The notes under the pieces: generated by a model
Database searches by the model: none
What the model was told of the DNA's origin: nothing
What the model saw: only the letters and a program-made list of their open reading frames with translations
From: Chitinophaga pinensis
GTDB taxonomy: Bacteria; Bacteroidota; Bacteroidia; UKL13-3
DNA: 64,000 nt
NCBI GenBank assembly: GCA_945870425.1
Contig: CAMBSD010000009.1
Location: 50,180-114,179 of the forward strand
Direction of reading: 5' to 3'
Shown: positions 49,946 through 58,293 of the stretch, piece by piece
Layout of the letters: each line of letters starts with the position of its first letter
Numbering within the stretch: position 1 is the stretch's first letter
Translations under genes and position numbers: made by a program

Positions 49946-50334
49946 ATGAAACGTTCAGAAGAACTGCGCATTGGAAAAAAATAAAACAACTGAGAGAACT
50001 AAAAAACTTTTCTCAGGAGTATATGGCTTCTCATTTAAAAATGAGTGTACCCGGATATGGTAGAATTGAAAGAAATGAGGTAGATGTTAGTATTGAGAGG
50101 GCAAATCAAATTGCAAATGTTTTAGGAATTAGTTTAACTGAATTAATCAGCTTTGACGAGAAATATATATTTAATAATTATGCTAATAACCAAAATGCTT
50201 TTGTTATTAATAGTGAATTACACCAAGTTGATAAAAAGACCTTAATAGAATTAGTTGATTACCTTAAACAACAACTACAATTAAAAGATGAGTTAATAAA
50301 AGAATTGGTACTTGGTAAAAAAAATATCAAGTAA
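49946..50334 (+). pseudogene. XRE-family HTH regulator with frameshift in A7 homopolymer
   Basis: ATG at 49946 gives 'MKRSEELRIGKK' and stops at TAA. With one extra A in the A7 run (49975-49981) it reads '...IGKKIKQLRELKNFSQEYMASHLKMSVPGYGRIERNE...', a complete HTH. The track ORF 50023..50334 lacks helix 1. Confidence 0.55.
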
Positions 50335-50350
50335 GTGTAAAATGTTTTCC

Positions 50351-50488
50351 TTCCTCGCTTTCGCATTTGTTAAGCGAAGCGTCACTTGTAAATAGAAAGA
50401 TTAAAAGTTTGTAACTTTTATATAGCAACCATATCATATAAAGGATTGCTTCATACAATAAATGTCAGGTGGAAACACCTGACACCAC
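50351..50488 (+). repeat. interspersed element, copy 2 (full core)
   Basis: CCTCGCTTTCGCA-N-TGTTAAGCGAAGCG hairpin, AT-rich middle, GTCAGGTG-GAAA-CACCTGAC hairpin. An imperfect hairpin with T-tract follows at about 50513-50550. Confidence 0.65.
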
Positions 50489-50566
50489 TACAAAATAAAA
50501 TCAATATTTACAAAGAAGACGTCCATTTAAGACAACTTCTTTATTTGGTATAATTTATAGTTTAGT

Positions 50567-50745
50567 TTAAGAGTCTTTTGCTTTTCTTGATTTTCTATAA
50601 TATAAAATTAATGGAAGAAAACCGAAAATTATATGTAATATAGATAGCCTAAATTCATTATAAGTAAAATAGCTAAGATATACAAATCCAGCATTACCCA
50701 ATATTGTTATTATTATAACAACAATTAAATTTAGCTTCCCCATAA
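50567..50745 (-). CDS. small hydrophobic protein (59 aa, 2 TM), overlaps the upstream stop
   Basis: 'MGKLNLIVVIIITILGNAGFVYLSYFTYNEFRLSILHIIFGFLPLILYYRKSRKAKDS'. ATG overlaps the upstream ORF's last codons. Not in the ORF track (<60 aa). Coordinates approximate. Confidence 0.3.
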
Positions 50746-51348
50746 TACATAACTGAGTTGAAGTATCTGGAGTGCATTAACAAAAGACTGTTTCTCAGTT
50801 ACAGATAATTCAAATCCACTAACATTATTAATCAAAGCACCTAAATTATCTACCCATTGATCTTGATCAGCACCTTGAATACTATCAAAAGTATCTGATA
50901 CCGTTTCTGAATCTAAAGTGTTTAATGGTATGACATTTGTGGTAGCAACCATCCATTCATCAACAGTTGACATATCTTGAGCCAAAGCTGAAGCTATAAT
51001 GTCATCAAAATATGATTGAGTTATTGCTTCTAATCCAGCAGTCCAATCTGGTCTAACCTGACAAGCAATTGGAATTATAATATCATAGGTTACTGAAGTA
51101 TTTCCAGCCGCAAAAAACTGCTCACAAGTTAAATTGTGATTTATACCTGTATTATCTGTTGTGCTGGGTATTAGGTGAACTACAGGTGAATCAATACTCC
51201 ATCCATCTGATGCTTTCTTATCTGAGTAATATGCTGTTGAAGCCGCAGCTGCAATTGCAAAACTTAAAAAGCCTGTTTCAGCTGATAGTAAACCTGCTAA
51301 ATAATCGCATGATGCAATAGCGTTTTTTTGGTCTCTTGTTAATGCCAT
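50731..51348 (-). CDS. acidic hypothetical protein, no signal peptide
   Basis: 205 aa, D/E-rich C-terminal half. No known motif. Confidence 0.5.
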   Translation of the reverse strand: MALTRDQKNAIASCDYLAGLLSAETGFLSFAIAAAASTAYYSDKKASDGWSIDSPVVHLIPSTTDNTGINHNLTCEQFFAAGNTSVTYDIIIPIACQVRPDWTAGLEAITQSYFDDIIASALAQDMSTVDEWMVATTNVIPLNTLDSETVSDTFDSIQGADQDQWVDNLGALINNVSGFELSVTEKQSFVNALQILQLSYVLWGS

Positions 51349-51492
51349 AATAGTTTTTTTTAATTATTAAACGCCCTGTAAGATTAATTTAATTGCGCAC
51401 AAGGCCTGTTAAAATAACATTATTTTACAGTTATGCTTATGAGATAATAATTAATGTGATTTTATAATTTATTCCGATGCTTTCCAATGCAT

Positions 51493-51702
51493 TCCCTCGC
51501 TTTCGCAAGTGTTAAGCGAAGCGTCACTTGTGAATAGAAAGATTAAAATTTTGTAACTTTTATATACCAATCATATCATATAAAGGATGGCTTCATACAA
51601 TAAATATCAGGTGGAAACACCTGACACCACCACTAGGTGGAAACATCTGACTTCACCACTTCACCTGACTTCACCACTAAAACATCTGACATCACCACTA
51701 AC
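51493..51702 (+). repeat. interspersed element, copy 3, extended by a 12-13-nt tandem microrepeat
   Basis: Same core as copies 1 and 2. Then about five CTGAC(A/T)(C/T)CACCAC-like units (51620-51702). Track ORF 51587..51790 lies inside this element. Confidence 0.65.
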
Positions 51703-51739
51703 AAAAAAAGCCCATCGTTCAATGAACGATGGGCTTTTT
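51703..51739. terminator. bidirectional rho-independent terminator
   Basis: AAAAAAAGCCCATCGTTCA-ATGAACGATGGGCTTTTT, a 12-bp perfect stem with A and T tracts on both sides. Confidence 0.7.
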
Positions 51740-51818
51740 ATTTATGTTAAAAGCAATCATACCGAACTGATATTTGTAATAGACCAATAAATTTGGTCTA
51801 ACAACTATCTAATCGGTA

Positions 51819-54071
51819 TTAGTACAACATTACTTTTTTAACGATTGATTTGTTTTCGTTTTCAACCAATACTACATAAACCCCTTTTTGGCTCATGTTT
51901 ACAGCATATGTATCGCTGCTAGTGGTACCTTCGCTTAGCACGCGGCCTAGCATATCGGTTACCGTTACTTTAGCTTTTGATGCATTGTCTAATTGCACCA
52001 CTATTTCACTAGTTTCTTGGTTAGTATAAATTCTAGCAAAATCAGTGTTCAACTCATTCACACCATTAATAATACCTGGCATATAAGTCATATTGGTAAA
52101 GTTGATACCATACACCCACAATGGATTATCAATAAATGGATTTCTGTTTTTCTGAATCGAAGAAATGTATTCATGACGCGCTATTTCTAATTCACTAGGT
52201 GGATCTTGTCGGTGCCATTTCATTAACACAGCAGTATCTTGTGCAAATTTACCACCGCTTAAGCCCCAATTTTGGCTGTAAGCACCATTGTAGCAAGTGG
52301 CCATATAAAACAAGGCACGGGCTAAATCTCCTTTGTGCTCATCGCGTGGTTCCCACACTGTTTTGTTGTTGGCATCTTTACCTAATTTTCCATATCCTGA
52401 AGGAGAAGTAGAGGTAAGGGTTACCACTTCACCAAAAGCATTGTTTGATCTAGTTAGGTTGGCATTGATTTGGTCGGTAGGAAACAAATGGTGCTGATCA
52501 TTATATTCAGGAAAATCTTTTCCATTAGGTGCTTGTGGCCACGTATTAGGATCCATATTGCTAGGCATCCAGCTTTGAGCGAATGTATGTTCTCTTGTCA
52601 ATGTTCCTGTTGAGCTTGATGCATTCCACCAAACAAATGGCTCAGAATAAACATAAGGCATATTGGTATACACGCAATACACGACTTTCTTACCACCAGT
52701 GGTATCTTTAGCCAACCAATTGTTTATTAATGTAGTGGTATAATTGCTATAAAAAATTGTATCGTGCGTATTGATTTTAGCTGAAAGCTCCGTTAAGAAA
52801 CTTGCCTTTCTTGGATCAAGACTTGCATAGTAGCTACCCGCATTTGAACCAGTAGTAGTTACAACCCCAGTCATAGGACTAGTGATTAAATAATTTTCGA
52901 AACTAGCAGGGCCATTGAAAGGAAATACAGCATAATGGTATACAGAATTAGCCAAAACATAAGTAGGTTTGAAAGTGGTATCAGCACCCACATAAGCCAC
53001 TTGCGCATCACCAATATTATCTCCTTTGCTATAGGTTTGACCATCCACGGGTACTTCATTTACAGCAGCATCATTTTTTCTTAATACCAGATACTTGTCT
53101 GACTTGTTTGCAGGTGGAAAAATATTTACAGAGTAAGTATATGCTTTAACGCCACCAAAAGTAATATTGTTTATTTTTTCGGTTGGTTCGGTAGCTAAAT
53201 TACCACCTATACCATACAACTTGAAGTTGAAAGGATTTTTTTCAGTATCTGAATTGCTAATGGCTAATGTAGCTTTTCTGGAACCTATGCTAGTGGTAGA
53301 AAAATTAACATTGAAGGTAGCTGATGAATTAGCCAATACATAAGCTGGAGCCGCACTCACAGAGAAATCAGCCGCAGCAGTGCCTGTAAAGTTCATACCG
53401 GTGATGAATAAAGTATCTAAGGTACCTTTATTCTCAATGGTAAACTGTGTGCTAGCTGTTTTTCCTATTAATGCAGTGCTACCATTTACCACATCAGCGC
53501 CTGCCAATTTCACATTGATGGTAGCCAAAGGCGATGCAGGTGCGCTAGCCAATGTAACATTATCTAAAGACACGTTTGAACCAGATTGTTTGTCAAGGTA
53601 AAAAAATCTGATATATCTGCTAGTAGATTTCGGGTTATCTGTAATGCTAGCAAATGCATTTGTTAAATCAGCTGCTGTGAAAGTGCGTAAATCAGTCCAT
53701 GTATTTCCATCTGCAGACTCTTGTGTTTTAAAAGTTCCAGCAAACGCAGGCGCTGGAGAAATACCAGTACCTTTAATATAATAACTTAAAGCACCCGGCT
53801 TATCTGTAAACCATATTTTCACATACTCACCTGTTTGGTCTAAGCGACATGCAGCATTGCCATCTTGGCCACTAGCATAGGTAAATCCTAGAACGGAGAT
53901 ATCCAACTTGGTTGACCAGCCTGTTGGGCCCGGATATTCAGGACCTGTAGGATTACTTGATGTAGACCCCGTAGGTGAAGGATTCACAAAGCTCCATGCT
54001 GTAGGCAATGTGGTTTGTGCATAGCTACTTAATGTCACAAAAATTGCCAAAATTGTAATAATTTTTTTCAT
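51819..54071 (-). CDS. secreted endonuclease I family (EndA/NucM/Vvn-like) nuclease with T9SS C-terminal sorting domain
   Basis: Signal peptide 'MKKIITILAIFVTLSSYAQ' (start set here). 'EHTFAQSW', 'DQHHLFP...N.TRSN' Endonuclease I catalytic motifs. C-terminal 'VTVTDMLGRVL...GVYVVLVENENKSIVKKVMLY'. Confidence 0.75.
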   Translation of the reverse strand: MKKIITILAIFVTLSSYAQTTLPTAWSFVNPSPTGSTSSNPTGPEYPGPTGWSTKLDISVLGFTYASGQDGNAACRLDQTGEYVKIWFTDKPGALSYYIKGTGISPAPAFAGTFKTQESADGNTWTDLRTFTAADLTNAFASITDNPKSTSRYIRFFYLDKQSGSNVSLDNVTLASAPASPLATINVKLAGADVVNGSTALIGKTASTQFTIENKGTLDTLFITGMNFTGTAAADFSVSAAPAYVLANSSATFNVNFSTTSIGSRKATLAISNSDTEKNPFNFKLYGIGGNLATEPTEKINNITFGGVKAYTYSVNIFPPANKSDKYLVLRKNDAAVNEVPVDGQTYSKGDNIGDAQVAYVGADTTFKPTYVLANSVYHYAVFPFNGPASFENYLITSPMTGVVTTTGSNAGSYYASLDPRKASFLTELSAKINTHDTIFYSNYTTTLINNWLAKDTTGGKKVVYCVYTNMPYVYSEPFVWWNASSSTGTLTREHTFAQSWMPSNMDPNTWPQAPNGKDFPEYNDQHHLFPTDQINANLTRSNNAFGEVVTLTSTSPSGYGKLGKDANNKTVWEPRDEHKGDLARALFYMATCYNGAYSQNWGLSGGKFAQDTAVLMKWHRQDPPSELEIARHEYISSIQKNRNPFIDNPLWVYGINFTNMTYMPGIINGVNELNTDFARIYTNQETSEIVVQLDNASKAKVTVTDMLGRVLSEGTTSSDTYAVNMSQKGVYVVLVENENKSIVKKVMLY

Positions 54072-54158
54072 ATGTATTTTTATTCGAACCGCAATCTTAC
54101 TAAAATAATTTGATGTATAAATTATCAAAGCATTATTTATGTTTGTTTTTACATAGTT

Positions 54159-55439
54159 ATGAAAGAAGATTTAATACAATTTCTATGGGAGCAGAAGTTT
54201 TTTGCGGGCAAAGAACTTACTTGCACTAATGGTCAGAGGCTTTATGTAAGTCATACTGGTACTAAAAATACAGACGTGGGCCCAGACTTTTTTAATGCTA
54301 GATTAAAAATAAATGACCTCGAATGGGCTGGAAATGTAGAAATTCATGTTAAAACCAGTGATTGGTTTCGACACAAGCATCAACATGATAAACGATACGA
54401 AAATGTTATTCTTCATGTGGTGTATGAAGATGATGTAGTACTAAAGGATATGGATGGAAAATTATTACCCACCCTTGAAATCAAAAAGCTATTGCCACCT
54501 TCACTTGTTGCCAAGCATAATGATCTGATGCAAAAGCAAAGCATTATCCCATGCCAACAAGTTTTTGCAAAACCTAATGAAATAAAGCTAAACCTATGGC
54601 TAGAGAGGGTGTTGATTGAAAGATTAGAAAAGAAAACAGACTACATCAATGAACTTTTAAGAAAATCTGAAAACAATTTTGAGCAGTGCTTCTATCAAAT
54701 TACAGCTAGGTATTTTGGGCAAAAAATAAATGCACAAGCATTTGAAATGTTGAGTCAAAATTTACCCCTTCTAGTTATAGCCAAACACAAAAATAATCTA
54801 AGCCAAATAGAGGCACTGGTGTTAGGAACAGCAGGCTTTTTAGATGGTCAATTTGAAGATGATTACATAAGCATTTTGAAAAAAGAGTATGGGTACCTAA
54901 AGCATAAATTCAACTTGCAAAGCTTAGACAAAAGTATATGGAAATTTGCTCGCACGCGCCCTGCCAATTTTCCCACCGTGAGGTTGCTTCAGTTTGCATT
55001 GTTTCTTTATCAAAACAGCCAATTGCTATCAAAAATTATGAAAGCTGAAAAGCTTACAGATATAATGCCTTTCTTCCAATTAAAGTTTAATCATAAAATC
55101 AATTTGGAGGCCCTTCACAACAAGGGACAAAAGACAAGTGAAAGAGAATTCAATCTTGGTGAAAGCACCATAGAAAGCATCATTATCAATGCAGTAATAC
55201 CGATGTTATTTGCATATGGAAAAATTCAAAACCTACCCGAGATAAGCGATAAGAGTCTTGATTGGTTGCAACAAGTGTCTGCTGAACAAAACAGCATCAC
55301 AAAAATGTGGGAATCCTTTGGCTTAATAGCTAAAAATGCCTGGCAAAGTCAGGCGCTAATAGAGCAAAAAAACAACTATTGTGATAAACTTAAATGTTTA
55401 AAATGTATTATTGGAAAAGAAATTTTATTAGACAAATGA
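54159..55439 (+). CDS. DUF2851 family protein
   Basis: N-terminal 'LIQFLWEQKFF...G..L.V...G..N.D.GPDFFNA...I...EW.G.VEIHV..SDW..H.H' matches the DUF2851 signature as I recall it. Confidence 0.7.
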   Translation: MKEDLIQFLWEQKFFAGKELTCTNGQRLYVSHTGTKNTDVGPDFFNARLKINDLEWAGNVEIHVKTSDWFRHKHQHDKRYENVILHVVYEDDVVLKDMDGKLLPTLEIKKLLPPSLVAKHNDLMQKQSIIPCQQVFAKPNEIKLNLWLERVLIERLEKKTDYINELLRKSENNFEQCFYQITARYFGQKINAQAFEMLSQNLPLLVIAKHKNNLSQIEALVLGTAGFLDGQFEDDYISILKKEYGYLKHKFNLQSLDKSIWKFARTRPANFPTVRLLQFALFLYQNSQLLSKIMKAEKLTDIMPFFQLKFNHKINLEALHNKGQKTSEREFNLGESTIESIIINAVIPMLFAYGKIQNLPEISDKSLDWLQQVSAEQNSITKMWESFGLIAKNAWQSQALIEQKNNYCDKLKCLKCIIGKEILLDK

Positions 55440-56002
55440 GAATAGTTTTATTGATTATCAGCTTTAATTTTATAGTATTTTTTGCCCAGTCGCAAAACCA
55501 ATTAATCAATATTGTCCACTCGCAAACGGGTAAAATTATCGAAGTAAAACTTGGGGACAGAATGACCATACAATATCATGGATATAATGGGCAATTGTCA
55601 TTTATAAAAGACGAAGTTACTGGTGCTGACGATAGTTGCATATACATAGGTAGAAGCTATGAAGGTGTTTCAGAGAAAATTAGTCAACGCTTGCAAAAAA
55701 ATGGGAAAGGGTACCAAAGCATAATTAAATATAAAGACATTGTGCAATTTAGAAGAGAATCAATGGGACGCAACTTGTTAAAAAGTTCTGTTTTAGGTCT
55801 TCCAATCGCATTTGGCTCTTACTTGCTTGTGAGCGATTATTTAAAATACCAGCAATCGGCTAGTTCGTTTGAGCAGTTTTTGGTTGTAACCGCGATTGGC
55901 TTGACCTCTGTATCCTTACCTAAATTGCTTTTACCCGAAAATTTGAAGCACAAAGTTGGAAATGAATGGTCGTTTGTGTCAATAAATAAATTTATTCCAT
56001 AA
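55436..56002 (+). CDS. hypothetical membrane protein
   Basis: ATG overlaps the upstream stop (ATGA). N-terminal hydrophobic segment plus one C-terminal TM helix. Confidence 0.4.
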   Translation: MRIVLLIISFNFIVFFAQSQNQLINIVHSQTGKIIEVKLGDRMTIQYHGYNGQLSFIKDEVTGADDSCIYIGRSYEGVSEKISQRLQKNGKGYQSIIKYKDIVQFRRESMGRNLLKSSVLGLPIAFGSYLLVSDYLKYQQSASSFEQFLVVTAIGLTSVSLPKLLLPENLKHKVGNEWSFVSINKFIP

Positions 56003-56061
56003 CACAGTTGAATATGTGCCAATAAAAACAATACATTTGAACATTAATTTATAATTGCATC

Positions 56062-56280
56062 ATGCAAAACCTTAAGTATTTTGTAGAAAAGCATGTTTTC
56101 GGGGTATGTTCATACTTAGGTGAACGCTTTGGTATCTCGGGTGCTCGCATTAGGTTATATTTTATTTACACTTCGTTTATTACCATGGGTTCCCCCATTA
56201 TTATTTATTTGATATTGGCTTTTTGGATTAATATCAAAAAGTACACACGTCACCATCGAAATACCACTTGGGATATTTAA
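56062..56280 (+). CDS. PspC-domain membrane protein
   Basis: 'FGVCSYLGERFGISGARIRLYFI' PspC domain followed by a TM helix. Its 3' end overlaps the histidine kinase start. Confidence 0.7.
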   Translation: MQNLKYFVEKHVFGVCSYLGERFGISGARIRLYFIYTSFITMGSPIIIYLILAFWINIKKYTRHHRNTTWDI

Positions 56281-57371
56281 CCATGAGTCAGATAAAACCT
56301 CGTGTTATCTTTATTATTGTTTCACTTTATGTTTTAGCTGCTTTCACTTGGTGGACACTTGCTCACATCAGAGCTCATTCTGAAATAGCAGCGTTGAAAA
56401 AGCAACAAATCTTTGAAAAAGTAAAGGAAGCCAAACTGCTTATTGAAAATAATAATCTTGTGGGACAAACTCAAATTGATTCTTTAATTCAGCGCTCGTA
56501 TCCATATTTAAACTTAGAATATTATCACACCAATCATGAGTATACAATCACTCCAAAGAAGGATGCCATTGCAGAGCATGATTTATATACAAAAAGAAAA
56601 ACTTGGCAATATGTGGGCGAAGGCTTGGTGATGATGATATTATTGTTTTGGGGAATGTTGGTTATCTATAGCACGTTTTCAAAAAATATTAGGCTCAATA
56701 AACAACAAAACAATTTCTTACTTTCTATTACGCATGAATTGAAAACACCTATTGCTTCTGTTAAATTATACATCGAAACACTACTCAAACGTGATTTGGA
56801 TAAAGAAAAAACCACCACCATCCTAAAAAATTCGCTGCTAGATATGAAGAGATTGCAAATTTTGGTTGAAAACCTTTTGTTGTCTGCCCAAATAGAGAGT
56901 AAAAAGTTTGATTTGAGTTTGTTGGAAAACAATTTATCAGATTTACTTAATCAGATTATTGACAAATATGCTACACCTAGAGGAATTGAAGGCAGACTCA
57001 TAAAAAAAATTCAAGAAGAAATTTATGTGGATTGTGATAAAATGGCTATTGAAATGCTTCTCACAAATCTGTTAGACAATGCCATTAAATATTCTCCTAC
57101 GAATAGCTCTATTCAAATCGAACTATCACATTCGGACAATAAAACCATTTTATTAGTGAAAGATGAAGGTGAAGGCATTTCAGCAGCTGATAAAAAAGCT
57201 GTTTTTCGAAAATTTTACCGGTCTGGTGATGAAAATACCAGGAAATCTAAAGGAACTGGATTGGGTTTATTTATAATCAAAAACATTGTACAACTACATA
57301 AGGCTCAAGTAGAAATACTTGATAATAGTCCCAAAGGAACCATTTTTAAAATAATTTTTAACAAAATTTAA
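56268..57371 (+). CDS. sensor histidine kinase (intramembrane-sensing type)
   Basis: Two TM helices with a short loop. H-box 'ITHELKTPIAS', N-box 'LLDNAIKYS', G-boxes 'DEGEGI', 'GTGLGLFIIKNIV'. Confidence 0.85.
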   Translation: MGYLTMSQIKPRVIFIIVSLYVLAAFTWWTLAHIRAHSEIAALKKQQIFEKVKEAKLLIENNNLVGQTQIDSLIQRSYPYLNLEYYHTNHEYTITPKKDAIAEHDLYTKRKTWQYVGEGLVMMILLFWGMLVIYSTFSKNIRLNKQQNNFLLSITHELKTPIASVKLYIETLLKRDLDKEKTTTILKNSLLDMKRLQILVENLLLSAQIESKKFDLSLLENNLSDLLNQIIDKYATPRGIEGRLIKKIQEEIYVDCDKMAIEMLLTNLLDNAIKYSPTNSSIQIELSHSDNKTILLVKDEGEGISAADKKAVFRKFYRSGDENTRKSKGTGLGLFIIKNIVQLHKAQVEILDNSPKGTIFKIIFNKI

Positions 57372-57434
57372 TTTAATTGCTGCAACGAATTTATCATGAC
57401 TTATGTCAAAGTATCAATTAAACCGTAGTACATT

Positions 57435-58127
57435 ATGAATAGCAGGATTTTAGTTGTTGAAGACGAAGAAAATATTCAACATGCATTGAAACTAAACCTC
57501 GAACTAGAGGGTTATAATGTAGTTGTTTGTGGAAATGGTAACGATGCCACTCGACTTTTCAGGGAGCAACGTTTCGATTTAGTAGTATTAGACATTATGC
57601 TACCAGGAATGGATGGTATAACGGTATGCGAAAATATCCGCCTTTTTGATGGTGATGTTCCTATTATGTTTCTTTCGGCTAAAAACGCAGCCAGTGATAA
57701 AGTATTAGGACTAAGAAAAGGTGGAGATGACTACCTTACAAAACCATTTGACCTTGAAGAACTGCTTATTAGGGTGAATAAATTGGTTGAAAAAAGCAAG
57801 AAAATACAACACACAGATATTCCTCAAGTGTATCATTTTGGACATAATTGGATAAATTTTGAAAATCTAGAAGCTCATGGTGTTGTTGGTAAAATTGCAT
57901 TAACCAAAAAAGAAAGCAAATTGATGAGAATGCTTATCGAAAATAGAAACAATGTAATTAGCAGGGAGCATATTCTAAAAGTAGTATGGGATTATACAGT
58001 CATACCTAACACCAGAACGATAGATAATTTCGTTTTATCCTTAAGAAAATATTTTGAAGATGACCCTAAAAACCCCCGATATATAAGATCTGCTAGAGGT
58101 GTGGGGTATCGATTTGTTGTAGAATAA
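57435..58127 (+). CDS. OmpR-family response regulator
   Basis: Receiver 'ILVVEDEE...VVLDIMLPGMDG...LSAK', winged-helix C-terminus 'RSARGVGYRFV'. Confidence 0.9.
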   Translation: MNSRILVVEDEENIQHALKLNLELEGYNVVVCGNGNDATRLFREQRFDLVVLDIMLPGMDGITVCENIRLFDGDVPIMFLSAKNAASDKVLGLRKGGDDYLTKPFDLEELLIRVNKLVEKSKKIQHTDIPQVYHFGHNWINFENLEAHGVVGKIALTKKESKLMRMLIENRNNVISREHILKVVWDYTVIPNTRTIDNFVLSLRKYFEDDPKNPRYIRSARGVGYRFVVE

Positions 58128-58157
58128 AAATACCTTTTCAAATAATAACAAATAATA

Positions 58158-58197
58158 AGGGAGGCCTATAATCTTTAGTGCCTCCCTTTGCTATTTT
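58158..58197 (+). terminator. rho-independent terminator
   Basis: AAGGGAGGC-N13-GCCTCCCTT followed by a T-rich tract. Confidence 0.55.
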
Positions 58198-58293
58198 ATG
58201 GGATTTGAGTTTTCAACAAACGTGTAGGTATAAATATAAATTTATTACTTTTTGTAGTCTTAAAATAATCTAATTTTGTGTTACGCAAAAATC

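Noticed and set aside
51587-51790. Track ORF of 67 aa (MASYNKYQVETPDTTTRWKHLTSPL…) and its short counterparts in the other repeat copies.
   Set aside because: It lies entirely within the interspersed element. Its amino-acid conservation between copies is explained by nucleotide identity, and its continuation is the translated microrepeat plus terminator. It is more likely non-coding.
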